Assembly (NCBI GenBank): GCA_035361425.1
Contig: DAOSCP010000016.1
Coordinates: forward strand, 4,439-68,438
From: Ignavibacteriales bacterium
GTDB lineage: Bacteria; Bacteroidota; Ignavibacteria; Ignavibacteriales; DAOSCP01
Length of the DNA stretch: 64,000 nt
Direction of reading: 5' to 3'
The translations under genes and the position numbers were made by a program. How positions within the stretch are numbered: position 1 is the stretch's first letter; each line of letters starts with the position of its first letter. The notes beneath the pieces are model-generated. The model saw nothing but the letters and a program-made list of their open reading frames with translations, had not been told where the DNA came from and searched no databases. This document shows positions 55,001 through 63,628 of this stretch, piece by piece.

Positions 55001-55125
55001 GCTATTTTAACGAAGGTAAATATTCAATATATTTTGATGCATCCGATATGCCGACAGGAATATATTTTTATGAACTTTCAGCTGATAATTTCAAGGCAAC
55101 AAAGAAGATGATGTTGTTAAAATAG
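52048..55125 (+). CDS. S8-family subtilisin-like serine peptidase with a T9SS C-terminal sorting domain
   Basis: Catalytic triad contexts GLDSGVDGNHP, HGTHTMGTM and GTSMASPHVAG. An FN3-like segment is present. The C-terminus is QNFPNPFNPGTNIKFDI..IYDVLGRKV..GIYFYEL. The TTG at 52048 follows gagg and gives the signal peptide MKNILLLMLIASISFA; the ORF-track start at 52024 is also TTG. Confidence 0.9.
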   Translation: MKNILLLMLIASISFAKPFISQRLKYYLDRYNSDEIISTIVYFHDQVDLDELEEFFKQNNVNAAQRAYLTITKLQEKSKQYNYFEEAFIKQIVIENSEYFNIQKFWIFNGYQIETKKKNIEKLLNFNEIAYIDLDAPIFRDDPDVGSKVAEGYSISVAIDNLKVVKAHKLWQKGITGKGRLVLGLDSGVDGNHPALNYKWRGKTVPLNQAWFDPNNSNFPSDCEEHGTHTMGTMVGLGKMTGDTVGVAIDAEWIAAKVTCNDGIITSTILSAFQWAMDPDNNPNTTSDMPDAINCSWYDPDVSDECNGVYVQTLTALETVGIAVVFSAGNSGPYASTITKPKNINKTVVNSFCVGAINHTYYIQGNNNPIVSFSSRGPSKCGGTGSLLIKPEVAAPGVNIKSTVPGGGYAQTNWNGTSMASPHVAGAVALLKEAYPDLPGYIIKEALYHTAIDLGQVGEDNDYGKGLIDIEAAYNYLEQYNDKIPPEKVTILSVVDTFSNGAKIQWKTPKDNKGVTNFDIRISENPIDTLNFHLAQKIQYIGEPDTVKLNTLTIKNLMSKTKYYVAIKAMDNVKNYSKISDNLMFTTLDKPILYIDKDTMYLSAAGNFEKIKDSLLIKNNQTTKSTLEFKINIKNKSVEYDNIMAKLVPNQSVLERGSAIYGAGGSDKYGYIWIDNDFSKNVKFVWNDIKNDGDKIDFWDGYSNVLGNQNEGFYGPIDLGFNFNFYNSLRNQIYVSTNGIIAFSPFDEGYGKNLTIPNKTLPNGIIAPLWDELDGKDSGAVYYKVENDKCIIQFENWNRYSITNKGTYTFQVVLNKDNTINLYYKKIDGVSNDCTIGIENFDGTDGLQIVYNAPYLKDSLAVVIRKIPVWYKADTLSAILYNGNSVYYYVEIDDTTLDYGRYIADVIIQSNDDNNKLKVIPLIFKFNKQPLGNEKQIIKNFALYQNFPNPFNPGTNIKFDIARKSHVVINIYDVLGRKVKEIVNGYFNEGKYSIYFDASDMPTGIYFYELSADNFKATKKMMLLK

Positions 55126-55133
55126 GATATAAT

Positions 55134-55157
55134 AAAAGCTGCCGTTAGGCAGCTTTT
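55134..55157. terminator. bidirectional terminator between the peptidase and thiolase genes
   Basis: AAAAGCTGCC-gtta-GGCAGCTTTT perfect hairpin with A/T runs on both sides. Confidence 0.8.
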
Positions 55158-55163
55158 ATTATA

Positions 55164-56345
55164 TTATAGTTTTTCAATACAAATTGCAATTCCCATTCCG
55201 CCACCAATACAAAGCGTAGCAAGACCTTTTTTAACATTTCTTTTTTGCATTTCATACATTAAAGTAACAAGAATTCTTGTTCCGCTTGCCCCGATGGGAT
55301 GTCCAAGTGCAATAGCGCCCCCGTTTACATTTGTAATTTCTTGATTTAATCCAAGTTCTTTTATAACAGCAAGTGATTGTGCAGCGAATGCTTCGTTAGC
55401 TTCAATAAGTTCAACATCTTCTAATTTCCAGTTTGCTTTTCTTAGGGCTAATCTAACTGCTTCAACAGGACCAATTCCCATAATAGAAGGATCTGTTCCG
55501 TGATATCCATAGGAAACAATTCTAAATTTAGGAGTAAGTGAATATTTTTTAATAGCTTCTTCATCTGCAATAACAACAGCAGCAGCACCATCATTTATAC
55601 CGGATGAATTACCAGCGGTAACTTTTCCATCCTTTTTGAAAGCTGGTGGTAATTTGGATAATGTTTCAACTGTTGTTCCAAAGCGTGGATATTCATCTTG
55701 TGCAAAGATAATTGGATCTTTTTTCTTTTGTGGAATTTCAACAGGTACAATTTCATCTATAAATTTACCAGATTTGATAGCAGCTTCAGCTTTTTGTTGA
55801 GATTTAGCTGAGAATTCGTCTAATTCTTCTCTTGATAATTGATATTTATCAACTAAATTTTCAGCTGTTATTCCCATGTGATAATTATTGAAAATATCTG
55901 TAAGCCCATCGAAAACCATACCGTCAACAACTTCTTGATTTCCCATCTTGGCGCCCCAACGCAGAGATTTTAAGTAGTAGGGAGCATTTGACATACTTTC
56001 CGTTCCGCCTGCAATAATTAAATTCGCATCATTTGATTTGATAATTTGTGTAGCGGTAACAATAGATCTAATTCCAGAGCCGCAAACCATATTAACTGTC
56101 ATGGCTGTTTTTTCAACTGGTATACCACTTTTTACAGCGATTTGTCTTGCAACATTTTGTCCAATTCCAGCTTGTAAAACACAGCCAAAAACAACTTCGT
56201 CTATAGCATCTGTTGCTAAATTATTTCTTTGTAAAAGTGATTTTGTTACAACTTCGCCAAGATCAACAGCACTTTTACTTGCTAAAGTACCATTAAAAGA
56301 GCCGATGGCAGTTCTTATACCATCAACAATATAAACTTCTTTCAT
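55164..56345 (-). CDS. acetyl-CoA C-acetyltransferase (thiolase II)
   Basis: MKEVYIVDGIRTAIGSF, NMVCGSGIRS (active Cys), NGGAIALGHPIGASG and CIGGGMG. An alternative ATG at 56357 overlaps the kamE stop. Confidence 0.95.
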   Translation of the reverse strand: MKEVYIVDGIRTAIGSFNGTLASKSAVDLGEVVTKSLLQRNNLATDAIDEVVFGCVLQAGIGQNVARQIAVKSGIPVEKTAMTVNMVCGSGIRSIVTATQIIKSNDANLIIAGGTESMSNAPYYLKSLRWGAKMGNQEVVDGMVFDGLTDIFNNYHMGITAENLVDKYQLSREELDEFSAKSQQKAEAAIKSGKFIDEIVPVEIPQKKKDPIIFAQDEYPRFGTTVETLSKLPPAFKKDGKVTAGNSSGINDGAAAVVIADEEAIKKYSLTPKFRIVSYGYHGTDPSIMGIGPVEAVRLALRKANWKLEDVELIEANEAFAAQSLAVIKELGLNQEITNVNGGAIALGHPIGASGTRILVTLMYEMQKRNVKKGLATLCIGGGMGIAICIEKL

Positions 56346-56356
56346 TTTAAGCCTCA

Positions 56357-57100
56357 TTATTTGATTAGAGATTGTTTTTGTATTTTTTCGTATAATTTTT
56401 TGGCAATAAATTCGCCAACATTTTCTGCATATGTGCCACGTCCAAAACCGGCATCAAAACCTAATTCGAGAGCTAATTTATTGGAAATTCGTGGCCCTCC
56501 AACTACCAGGATAAATCTATCTCTTAAGTTTTCGGCTTCAATTAGTTCGATAAAATTTGTTAAATTATGAATATGTACATCTTTTTGAGTTACAACTTGA
56601 GAAATGATAATAGCATCAGCATTTTTTTCTTTAGCAAATTCTATAAGTTTTTCATTAGGTATTTGGGCACCTAGATTATAAGCTTCGAAATATTTATACC
56701 TTTCAAGACCGTAGTGACCATCATAACCTTTCATATTCATAATAGCATCAATTCCAACAGTATGTGCATCTGTGCCGGTGCAAGCTCCAACTACAATAAT
56801 TTTTCTTCCAATATTTTTTTCGATATAATCGTTAATTTCATAATAATCCATAGATGGTTCAACTTCTTCAACTTCAATGTTATCGTAATCTATGCCAACT
56901 TGTGTGCGTCCATAAGCTACATAAAAAGTAAAGTTTTCTGAAAGTGGTGCACTATAAACAATTTGTGCTTCTTCAAAACCAAGTTTTTTGACAAACTGAA
57001 ATGCTGCTTCTGTAGATTTAGCACAATCTGGTACTGGCAGTGTAAAAGATAATTGCACAGCACCATCGTTAGATGTATCACCATATGGTTTAATAATCAT
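56357..57100 (-). CDS. kamE: lysine 5,6-aminomutase beta subunit (B12-binding)
   Basis: MIIKPYGDTSNDGAVQLSFTLPVP N-terminus and the DxHxxG cobalamin motif (GTDAHTVGIDAI). Confidence 0.9.
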   Translation of the reverse strand: MIIKPYGDTSNDGAVQLSFTLPVPDCAKSTEAAFQFVKKLGFEEAQIVYSAPLSENFTFYVAYGRTQVGIDYDNIEVEEVEPSMDYYEINDYIEKNIGRKIIVVGACTGTDAHTVGIDAIMNMKGYDGHYGLERYKYFEAYNLGAQIPNEKLIEFAKEKNADAIIISQVVTQKDVHIHNLTNFIELIEAENLRDRFILVVGGPRISNKLALELGFDAGFGRGTYAENVGEFIAKKLYEKIQKQSLIK

Positions 57101-57127
57101 TTTTCATCTCCCCTAATAGATTACAGA

Positions 57128-58684
57128 TTATAAATCAATATTTAATTCTCTATAGAAAAATTCCATTGTTGGATTATAATAATCTTTATCTTTTTCAAAA
57201 ACTCCTTCTAATCCTTTGCCGCCGTTTTTAGGTCTTGCAATTTCTGCGAACATTTTTTGTTCAATCGCATCGAATAATCCAATTTTTTCAACATTTTCTA
57301 AAAATTCAATTGTTTGATCTAACACTTGTTTTGCACGAGTTACCATAATACCATCTGGTTTAAATTCGATATCATTGCCAAAATCATAAATGTTGTTAAG
57401 GACATATTTTGCATTATCAATGGCTAAATATCTATCCTGTAAAAATGGAGTATGAATTGCTTCTGTAAGCATACCTAATAAAATAATTCCCTGGTCAGCA
57501 GCTCTTGCGATGAAATTAAATAAAGTATTCATTGCATATCCCATAAAAATATTGCCAGTCATATGTTTAGTTGGTGGCATATATTTTAGTGGTGCATCCT
57601 GGAAAATTTCTCTTGCCATTTGAGCTTGTGCTAATTCATATAGGAAACCATTTTTAATTTTTGGATTCATTTCGAAAGCGTGTCCCAATCCCATAAGTCT
57701 TGTTGGCATTTTTGCTCTTAAAGCAAAGTTTTCGTTAATTAGTTGAGATGCCAACACCGTATAAGCTTTTTCGTAAGCATCTGATGTTGTAAGATAATTA
57801 TCCTCACCTGTATTAATTATAATATCTGCATAAGTAAGTATCATACGAGAGAAAAATTGATCAACAAAAGTTCTATACATATTAATATCGCGGAAAAGAA
57901 TTCCATACATACTGTCGTTTAACATCATATCGAGTCTTTCAATAGCTCCCATAGCTGCAATTTCTGGCATGCAAAGACCAGATGAATAATTTGTTAATCT
58001 TACATATTTGCCTATTTTTTCGCCAACTTCATCCAATGCAGCACGCATAATTTTGAAATTTTCCTGAGTAGCATAAGTTCCTCCGAAACCTTCTGTTGTG
58101 GCGCCATAGGGTACATAATCAAGCAGACTTTGTGCTGTAGTTCTTATTACTGCAATAACATCTGCTCCTTGTTGTGCTGCTGCTTGTGCTTGTTTGACAT
58201 CTTCGTAAATATTTCCGGTTGCAACTATGACATAAATTAATGGAGAATTATTTTTTCCTTTGTACTGTTCCAATTTTTGATTTCGATATTCAACATTTGA
58301 TTTAATTTTTTGTCCGATTTTTGTTAATAATTCATTACCTTTTTGTTTGATAAGATCAAAATCAACTAAATCTAATTTTTTGATATCCAATCCGTTAGCA
58401 ATATCTTTGTTTAATTCTTCTGGAGTTTTACCAGTTTTTAGTATCGCATTGATATAAAATTTTGCGGCGCCATAGGGAAGATTTTTCCCAATTTGGTCAA
58501 CAATGATATTTGGAACAGGTACGCCATCAACATTGACATCATCCGCTCCTAGCAGTCTTAAAGTAGCTCGTTCAACGGTAACGGTTGTGTGATTTAAGAT
58601 GTAATTTTGCACAGGATCGACAATTTTTTTTGCCAATTGACGTGCATAATCAATTTTTTCTTTTGATAGATTAAGTTTATTCAT
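57128..58684 (-). CDS. kamD: lysine 5,6-aminomutase alpha subunit
   Basis: 518 aa; ..HTTVTVERATLRLLGADDVNVDGVP.. and the TIM-barrel body are as in KamD. It sits directly upstream of kamE. Confidence 0.9.
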   Translation of the reverse strand: MNKLNLSKEKIDYARQLAKKIVDPVQNYILNHTTVTVERATLRLLGADDVNVDGVPVPNIIVDQIGKNLPYGAAKFYINAILKTGKTPEELNKDIANGLDIKKLDLVDFDLIKQKGNELLTKIGQKIKSNVEYRNQKLEQYKGKNNSPLIYVIVATGNIYEDVKQAQAAAQQGADVIAVIRTTAQSLLDYVPYGATTEGFGGTYATQENFKIMRAALDEVGEKIGKYVRLTNYSSGLCMPEIAAMGAIERLDMMLNDSMYGILFRDINMYRTFVDQFFSRMILTYADIIINTGEDNYLTTSDAYEKAYTVLASQLINENFALRAKMPTRLMGLGHAFEMNPKIKNGFLYELAQAQMAREIFQDAPLKYMPPTKHMTGNIFMGYAMNTLFNFIARAADQGIILLGMLTEAIHTPFLQDRYLAIDNAKYVLNNIYDFGNDIEFKPDGIMVTRAKQVLDQTIEFLENVEKIGLFDAIEQKMFAEIARPKNGGKGLEGVFEKDKDYYNPTMEFFYRELNIDL

Positions 58685-60260
58685 CTCCCCTCTCTATATA
58701 TTTATTTGTTAATTCTAATATTTTTTTATTGATACCTAATATTGATGAAATTTTTAATGCATCTAAAATGGGCTTTTGATCATCATTTTTCAATACTTCA
58801 TATTGCATAAATGCATTTAAAAGTTTAATTCTTTCGTTTAAAGTAAGATTTTCCGATATATAACTTTTTTGATATTCTTCGTAATTAAGTCCTTTCATTC
58901 TGTAATATCCAACATTTTCAAACCGATGAAGATCCATAAAATGAGTTGATATAAAAGCATAGCAATTTGGGTTATTGGTAATATATTCAATAATTGAATT
59001 CAAGATAGCTTTAGCTTCAATAGAGTTGGTCGTTCTGGCAAATTCATCAATAATAAGTAAATTGATTTTGTTGAAGTGTTTTTCATTTTCATTAAAAGAT
59101 GTAATTTCTATACCAAAACTGCTTAAGCCTTCGTAATTTCGGTTTTCCGTTTCTCCAATGTAGCCTAAATGTTCAAATAAAACTGTTTCGAAAATATCAC
59201 AGGGGACGAAAAATCCCAACTGGGCAAGAATTTGCAGGAATAGAATAGTTTTAAGAAGTATTGTTTTCCCGCCCATGTTCGAGCCGTTTATAATATTAAC
59301 CTTATGGTTAAACTCTACGGTTAAATGTGTGTATACAGTATTATTTTTTTTGCATCTTTCTTTTAATGGTATAAAATAACCGTTCTTGATACTAATTTTT
59401 GAATTATTTTTAAGTAGTGTTGGTCGAATTAAATTAAATTCGAGTGCTAATTTAGCTTTTGCCAAAAGAATATCAAAATTTGTAATTGCTTTGATGTAAT
59501 GAATTAGATTATCGTTTTCAGATTTAATTTTATCTGATATTTCTCTAATTATCTGGTTGACAATGTTTTGCTCTTTCTCTGTTAAGTTTTCGCGTGTCTG
59601 GAGTAAATCAAAAAATTCTTTTGGATAATTAATTTTTGCTATAAGATGTTCATTATCATATGGTTCAAAATGGAACTGTGTAGTTGTTAAATCTTTAACT
59701 TTGCTGGTAGGAATTACAACAAAATCTTGATATATAAAATTCAAATTGTAATTTTGATTAATATCCTCAATTACTTTATTCTTATGTTGTGCAATCTGTA
59801 TATCAATTTCTGCAATTTGATTTCTTATATTAGCAAGCTCATCCGAAAAAGCTACGGATATATAAAATGTTTCGTTTTGCGAGTTATCTTTTAGTAATAA
59901 ATCTAATAATTCGTGACTATTAAATTTTAGTTGGAAAATATCTTTAATATCATCTGGAAGTTTATCCAGAATTTTTGTATAATTTATCAATAATTTTTTT
60001 ATAAGAAAGATATCAGAAAAATTATATTCATTGCCAATGTCAATTATCTGAATTTTCTTTAAATAGTTCTCAATATGGGTAACTAATTGTGGGTTGGAAG
60101 AGCAGAAATCTTTCAGAATATCAATTAAATTATAAATATCATTTAGTTTATTTAAATCAAAATAAAGTTTTCTTTTATTGAAATTTGTTTTTCCATATTG
60201 AGATAAAGGTTTAAAGTAAATTAAAAACTTATCTATTTCTGCAAATTGAAAAATATCCAC
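58677..60260 (-). CDS. MutS-domain-V-like ATPase embedded in the lysine aminomutase operon
   Basis: The Walker A context IINGSNMGGKTILLKTILFLQILAQLGFFVPCD and the Walker B LLIIDEFARTTN are the MutS ABC-ATPase core. No mismatch-binding N-terminal domain is evident. The stop overlaps the kamD start (ATGAATAA). Confidence 0.7.
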   Translation of the reverse strand: MDIFQFAEIDKFLIYFKPLSQYGKTNFNKRKLYFDLNKLNDIYNLIDILKDFCSSNPQLVTHIENYLKKIQIIDIGNEYNFSDIFLIKKLLINYTKILDKLPDDIKDIFQLKFNSHELLDLLLKDNSQNETFYISVAFSDELANIRNQIAEIDIQIAQHKNKVIEDINQNYNLNFIYQDFVVIPTSKVKDLTTTQFHFEPYDNEHLIAKINYPKEFFDLLQTRENLTEKEQNIVNQIIREISDKIKSENDNLIHYIKAITNFDILLAKAKLALEFNLIRPTLLKNNSKISIKNGYFIPLKERCKKNNTVYTHLTVEFNHKVNIINGSNMGGKTILLKTILFLQILAQLGFFVPCDIFETVLFEHLGYIGETENRNYEGLSSFGIEITSFNENEKHFNKINLLIIDEFARTTNSIEAKAILNSIIEYITNNPNCYAFISTHFMDLHRFENVGYYRMKGLNYEEYQKSYISENLTLNERIKLLNAFMQYEVLKNDDQKPILDALKISSILGINKKILELTNKYIERGDE

Positions 60261-60269
60261 TAATCCACC

Positions 60270-61142
60270 TTAATTTAACATCATAAAAGGATTTATTATA
60301 AAATTAAAATTATTTTCTAAAGCTGCAATATCCTGTTGTAATTTTTGGATATTTATATCCTTAATGTTGAGTGTAAAGCCAAGTAAATTATGTTTATGCT
60401 TTAAGAAAAAATTAAATTTATTTTTTATTTTAGAAATATCACTGTAAGAAAGAAAAAGTTTTGTTATATCTTCTAATACAATTGTTTCTGTATCAGGAGA
60501 AATTTGAGAAATTTTACTTGTTGTAAGTGCTCCATCAACAAAAAAAGTTTTATCTGTTGATTGTTTTATATCCCATTTATTTAAAGCACTTGCCCAGCAT
60601 AGTAATTTTATCTTGTCAATTGAAGTAAGATAATTCTTAGGTGTAAGATTAAAAACTGCAATAAACTGAGAGCCTTCCAACGCATTAAGCTGTGTCAATC
60701 TATTTACCGCCCCATCAATAAAGATTGTATTGATATTAAATTGATTTTTTAGTGTTTCAAGAATATGTTTCAATTGTGAATTACTTTCTGGACCTATTAA
60801 TTCTACAAAACAATTGCGTTTATTTTTTGCAAGAACTATTTTACCAAAAACATTATTAAATGGAAAGATATGAATTATTTCAAAATTTGCTGGTGTAATT
60901 TGAGAATCTGTTGTGATAACAAAATCATTTACTTTTGCTTCAATTCTTGGTTTTAAGTTACCATAAACAGCATCAGTTTTTTCACCATCGATGCCGATTG
61001 ATAAATAAGCAGGCGCAACTACTTCTCTTGTATGATTAAGTAAAAGATTTAAGAGTGTAGTTTTACCTGCATTTTTCTCATTTCCAATGATAAATGTTGT
61101 GCTACAAATTAATTTTTTTTTTATTTCCTCAATGGTTACCAT
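60270..61142 (-). CDS. P-loop NTPase of unknown function in the lysine aminomutase operon
   Basis: The N-terminal Walker A-like motif is FIIGNEKNAGKTTLLNLLL. The start overlaps the kamA 3' end by 14 nt, and the gene ends 9 nt before the MutS-like gene. Confidence 0.5.
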   Translation of the reverse strand: MVTIEEIKKKLICSTTFIIGNEKNAGKTTLLNLLLNHTREVVAPAYLSIGIDGEKTDAVYGNLKPRIEAKVNDFVITTDSQITPANFEIIHIFPFNNVFGKIVLAKNKRNCFVELIGPESNSQLKHILETLKNQFNINTIFIDGAVNRLTQLNALEGSQFIAVFNLTPKNYLTSIDKIKLLCWASALNKWDIKQSTDKTFFVDGALTTSKISQISPDTETIVLEDITKLFLSYSDISKIKNKFNFFLKHKHNLLGFTLNIKDINIQKLQQDIAALENNFNFIINPFMMLN

Positions 61143-62409
61143 TGTGAGATCTTCTTCTTCTAACTAAGTTTTCAGGTTGAAGATAAAGTTTTTCGCCATT
61201 AAGAAGTTTAGCAATACCATCCATAGGTTTCAAATGTTCATCATTGCAATATTCACAGTGACATTTTTCATTATGGTCAGTTGCTGGATAAGTATAAGTT
61301 GTGATAACTCCTTCATAATTACGAAGAATTGCACGTGTATCACTTTGACTAATAAGATAGTTAGGCATAACAGGAATTTTACCACCGCCGCCAGGAGCAT
61401 CAACAACAAAAGTAGGAACAGCAAAGCCAGTAGTATGACCTCTTAAATTCTCTATAATTTCTATCCCTTTAGAAATTGATGTTCTAAAGTGAGAAATTCC
61501 TTTAGATAAATCGCATTGGTAGATATAATAAGGTTTAACACGTATCATAAGTAATTCGTGAACGAGTCTTTTCATTAAATTAGGACAATCATTTAAACCT
61601 CTAAGTAGAACTGTTTGATTCCCTAAACTTATTCCAGCATTGGCAAGTTTTTCGCAAGCTTCTTTTGCTTCTAAGGTAATTTCTTTAGGATGATTAAAAT
61701 GTGTATTAACATAAATTGGGTGATATTTTTTTAGCATATTACACAAATCATCAGTAATTCTTTGTGGTAAAACCACAGGCATACGAGTTCCAATGCGGAT
61801 AATTTCGACGTGGTCAATTTCTCGTAGTTTGGATATAACATATTCTAATTTATTATCAGTTAATACGAGTGGATCACCTCCAGAGATTAGTACATCTCTT
61901 ACTTCTTCGTGTTTTTTAATATACTCAAGACATAAATCGATATTTCTTTGAGAAAAATCAGCATCTTCGTGCCCGACAACTCTTCTTCTGGTGCAATGAC
62001 GGCAATACATAGAACAAACATTTGTAACAAGAAAAAGAACTCTATCAGGATACCTGTGTGTGAGCCCTGGAGCAGGGGAATCAACATCTTCGTGAAGTGG
62101 ATCGTCGAGATCGGATTCGTCATCATTTAACTCACTAAATGTAGGGACAGCAAGCATTCTTACCGGGCATTTGGGGTCTTTTTTATCCATCAAGGCTGCG
62201 TAGTATGGTGTAATTGCCATTTTGAATCTGCCAAGAACTTTACTTAAAGCATCTTTTTCTTCAGGTGTTAATTCCATAACTTTTTCAAGTGTAGGAATAT
62301 CACGAATAGAATTTCTAAGCTGCCACTTCCAGTCATTCCATTGTTCAGGTGTTACATCTTTAAATAATGGTATATCGTTATATGGGACGGATTTAAAATC
62401 CTTTTTCAT
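61129..62409 (-). CDS. kamA: L-lysine 2,3-aminomutase (radical SAM)
   Basis: CSMYCRHCTRR CxxxCxxC cluster, ..WQLRNSI.. N-terminal motif, and GGGGK near the C-terminal part. Confidence 0.95.
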   Translation of the reverse strand: MKKDFKSVPYNDIPLFKDVTPEQWNDWKWQLRNSIRDIPTLEKVMELTPEEKDALSKVLGRFKMAITPYYAALMDKKDPKCPVRMLAVPTFSELNDDESDLDDPLHEDVDSPAPGLTHRYPDRVLFLVTNVCSMYCRHCTRRRVVGHEDADFSQRNIDLCLEYIKKHEEVRDVLISGGDPLVLTDNKLEYVISKLREIDHVEIIRIGTRMPVVLPQRITDDLCNMLKKYHPIYVNTHFNHPKEITLEAKEACEKLANAGISLGNQTVLLRGLNDCPNLMKRLVHELLMIRVKPYYIYQCDLSKGISHFRTSISKGIEIIENLRGHTTGFAVPTFVVDAPGGGGKIPVMPNYLISQSDTRAILRNYEGVITTYTYPATDHNEKCHCEYCNDEHLKPMDGIAKLLNGEKLYLQPENLVRRRRSHNGNH

Positions 62410-62552
62410 TTTTAAATTCCCTTTCCAATTTATTGATTTTGAATATCAAATTATAAAAAATTTAGTAAAAATCAAAGTTTTGTAAAAAGTTAGAGCTGTA
62501 AAAGTATTTTACTTAAAATTTGTAAAAAGTTTTTTGCAGCTCCTTAAAAATT

Positions 62553-63599
62553 TTATTTATTTACATATTTTGTTTCGTAGAATTTTCTTAATTCTGGCGA
62601 TTCTCTAAGTAAATTAATAGTAATTTCAGCGTGATCTTTAGCATATCCGTTACCGATTAACATTGTAACATCTTTGCCAACGCCTTCTGCACCTAAAGCG
62701 GCTTTTGTGAAAGATGTTGCCATAGAGAAGAAATAAACAGTTCCACCATCTCTACACATTAAAATAGATGCCATTTCGGTATTTTCGATATTAACACAAT
62801 TAATAACAAGATCTGCAAGTTTTCCATTTGTAGATTTTAATATTGCATCATAGCAGGATAAAGCATCAGTACAATCTAATTTAAGAATTTCATCACATAA
62901 ATTAAGGGATTTTAAATCTTCAATTTTTTTAGGATTTGTACCAATACCGATAACTTTACCAGTTATACCAGCACGTTTTTTGGCTTCATATGCACACAAT
63001 ACTCCAGATTTTCCTGTTGCGCCAATAATTACAACTGTATCGCCAGGTTTAACTAATCTAGCTGTTTGAGCAGGGGCTCCAGCAACATCTAAAACAGCAA
63101 GTGATAATTCTTCGGGTATATCAGTAGGTAATTTAGCGTAGATGCCAGATTCAAATAATATTGCTTGGCCTTTTATTCTAACTTGATCTATATCTTTTTT
63201 AACTTCGATAATTTCATCTATTCTAAGTGGAGTAAGTGAAAGAGAAACCAAAGATGCAATTTTGTCGCCAACTTTTAAATCTCTGTGAGCTAATTTTTCG
63301 CCAATTTTAGCAACTCTTCCGATAAACATTCCACCAGATCCAGTAACAGGATTTTTGTGTTTTCCGAATCTTGCAACAATATCTAACATAATTTTTTTTA
63401 TTTCTTCTACATCGCCATTAGCTTGTTGTTTTATCTGAGTAAAACTAGCAGAATCGATATTTAAAATATCAACATCTACTAAAATTTCGTTATCATAAAT
63501 TTCAGACATATCATTATCAACTTTGATAGCTGGTTGTGGTAATACGCCTTTAGGTTCAATTACTCTGTGAGCACCGAATGGATTTCCTGGTTTTGCCAT
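62553..63599 (-). CDS. kdd: L-erythro-3,5-diaminohexanoate dehydrogenase
   Basis: GAHRVIEPKGVLPQPA..NIDSASFTQI..NPVTGSGGM..LDVAGAPAQTA..TVYFFSMATSFTKAALGAEGVGKDV matches Kdd as I recall it from Fusobacterium and Clostridium. The operon context also fits. Confidence 0.85.
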   Translation of the reverse strand: MAKPGNPFGAHRVIEPKGVLPQPAIKVDNDMSEIYDNEILVDVDILNIDSASFTQIKQQANGDVEEIKKIMLDIVARFGKHKNPVTGSGGMFIGRVAKIGEKLAHRDLKVGDKIASLVSLSLTPLRIDEIIEVKKDIDQVRIKGQAILFESGIYAKLPTDIPEELSLAVLDVAGAPAQTARLVKPGDTVVIIGATGKSGVLCAYEAKKRAGITGKVIGIGTNPKKIEDLKSLNLCDEILKLDCTDALSCYDAILKSTNGKLADLVINCVNIENTEMASILMCRDGGTVYFFSMATSFTKAALGAEGVGKDVTMLIGNGYAKDHAEITINLLRESPELRKFYETKYVNK

Positions 63600-63628
63600 A
63601 AAATTATCTCCCCATTTATAAATTGTGA

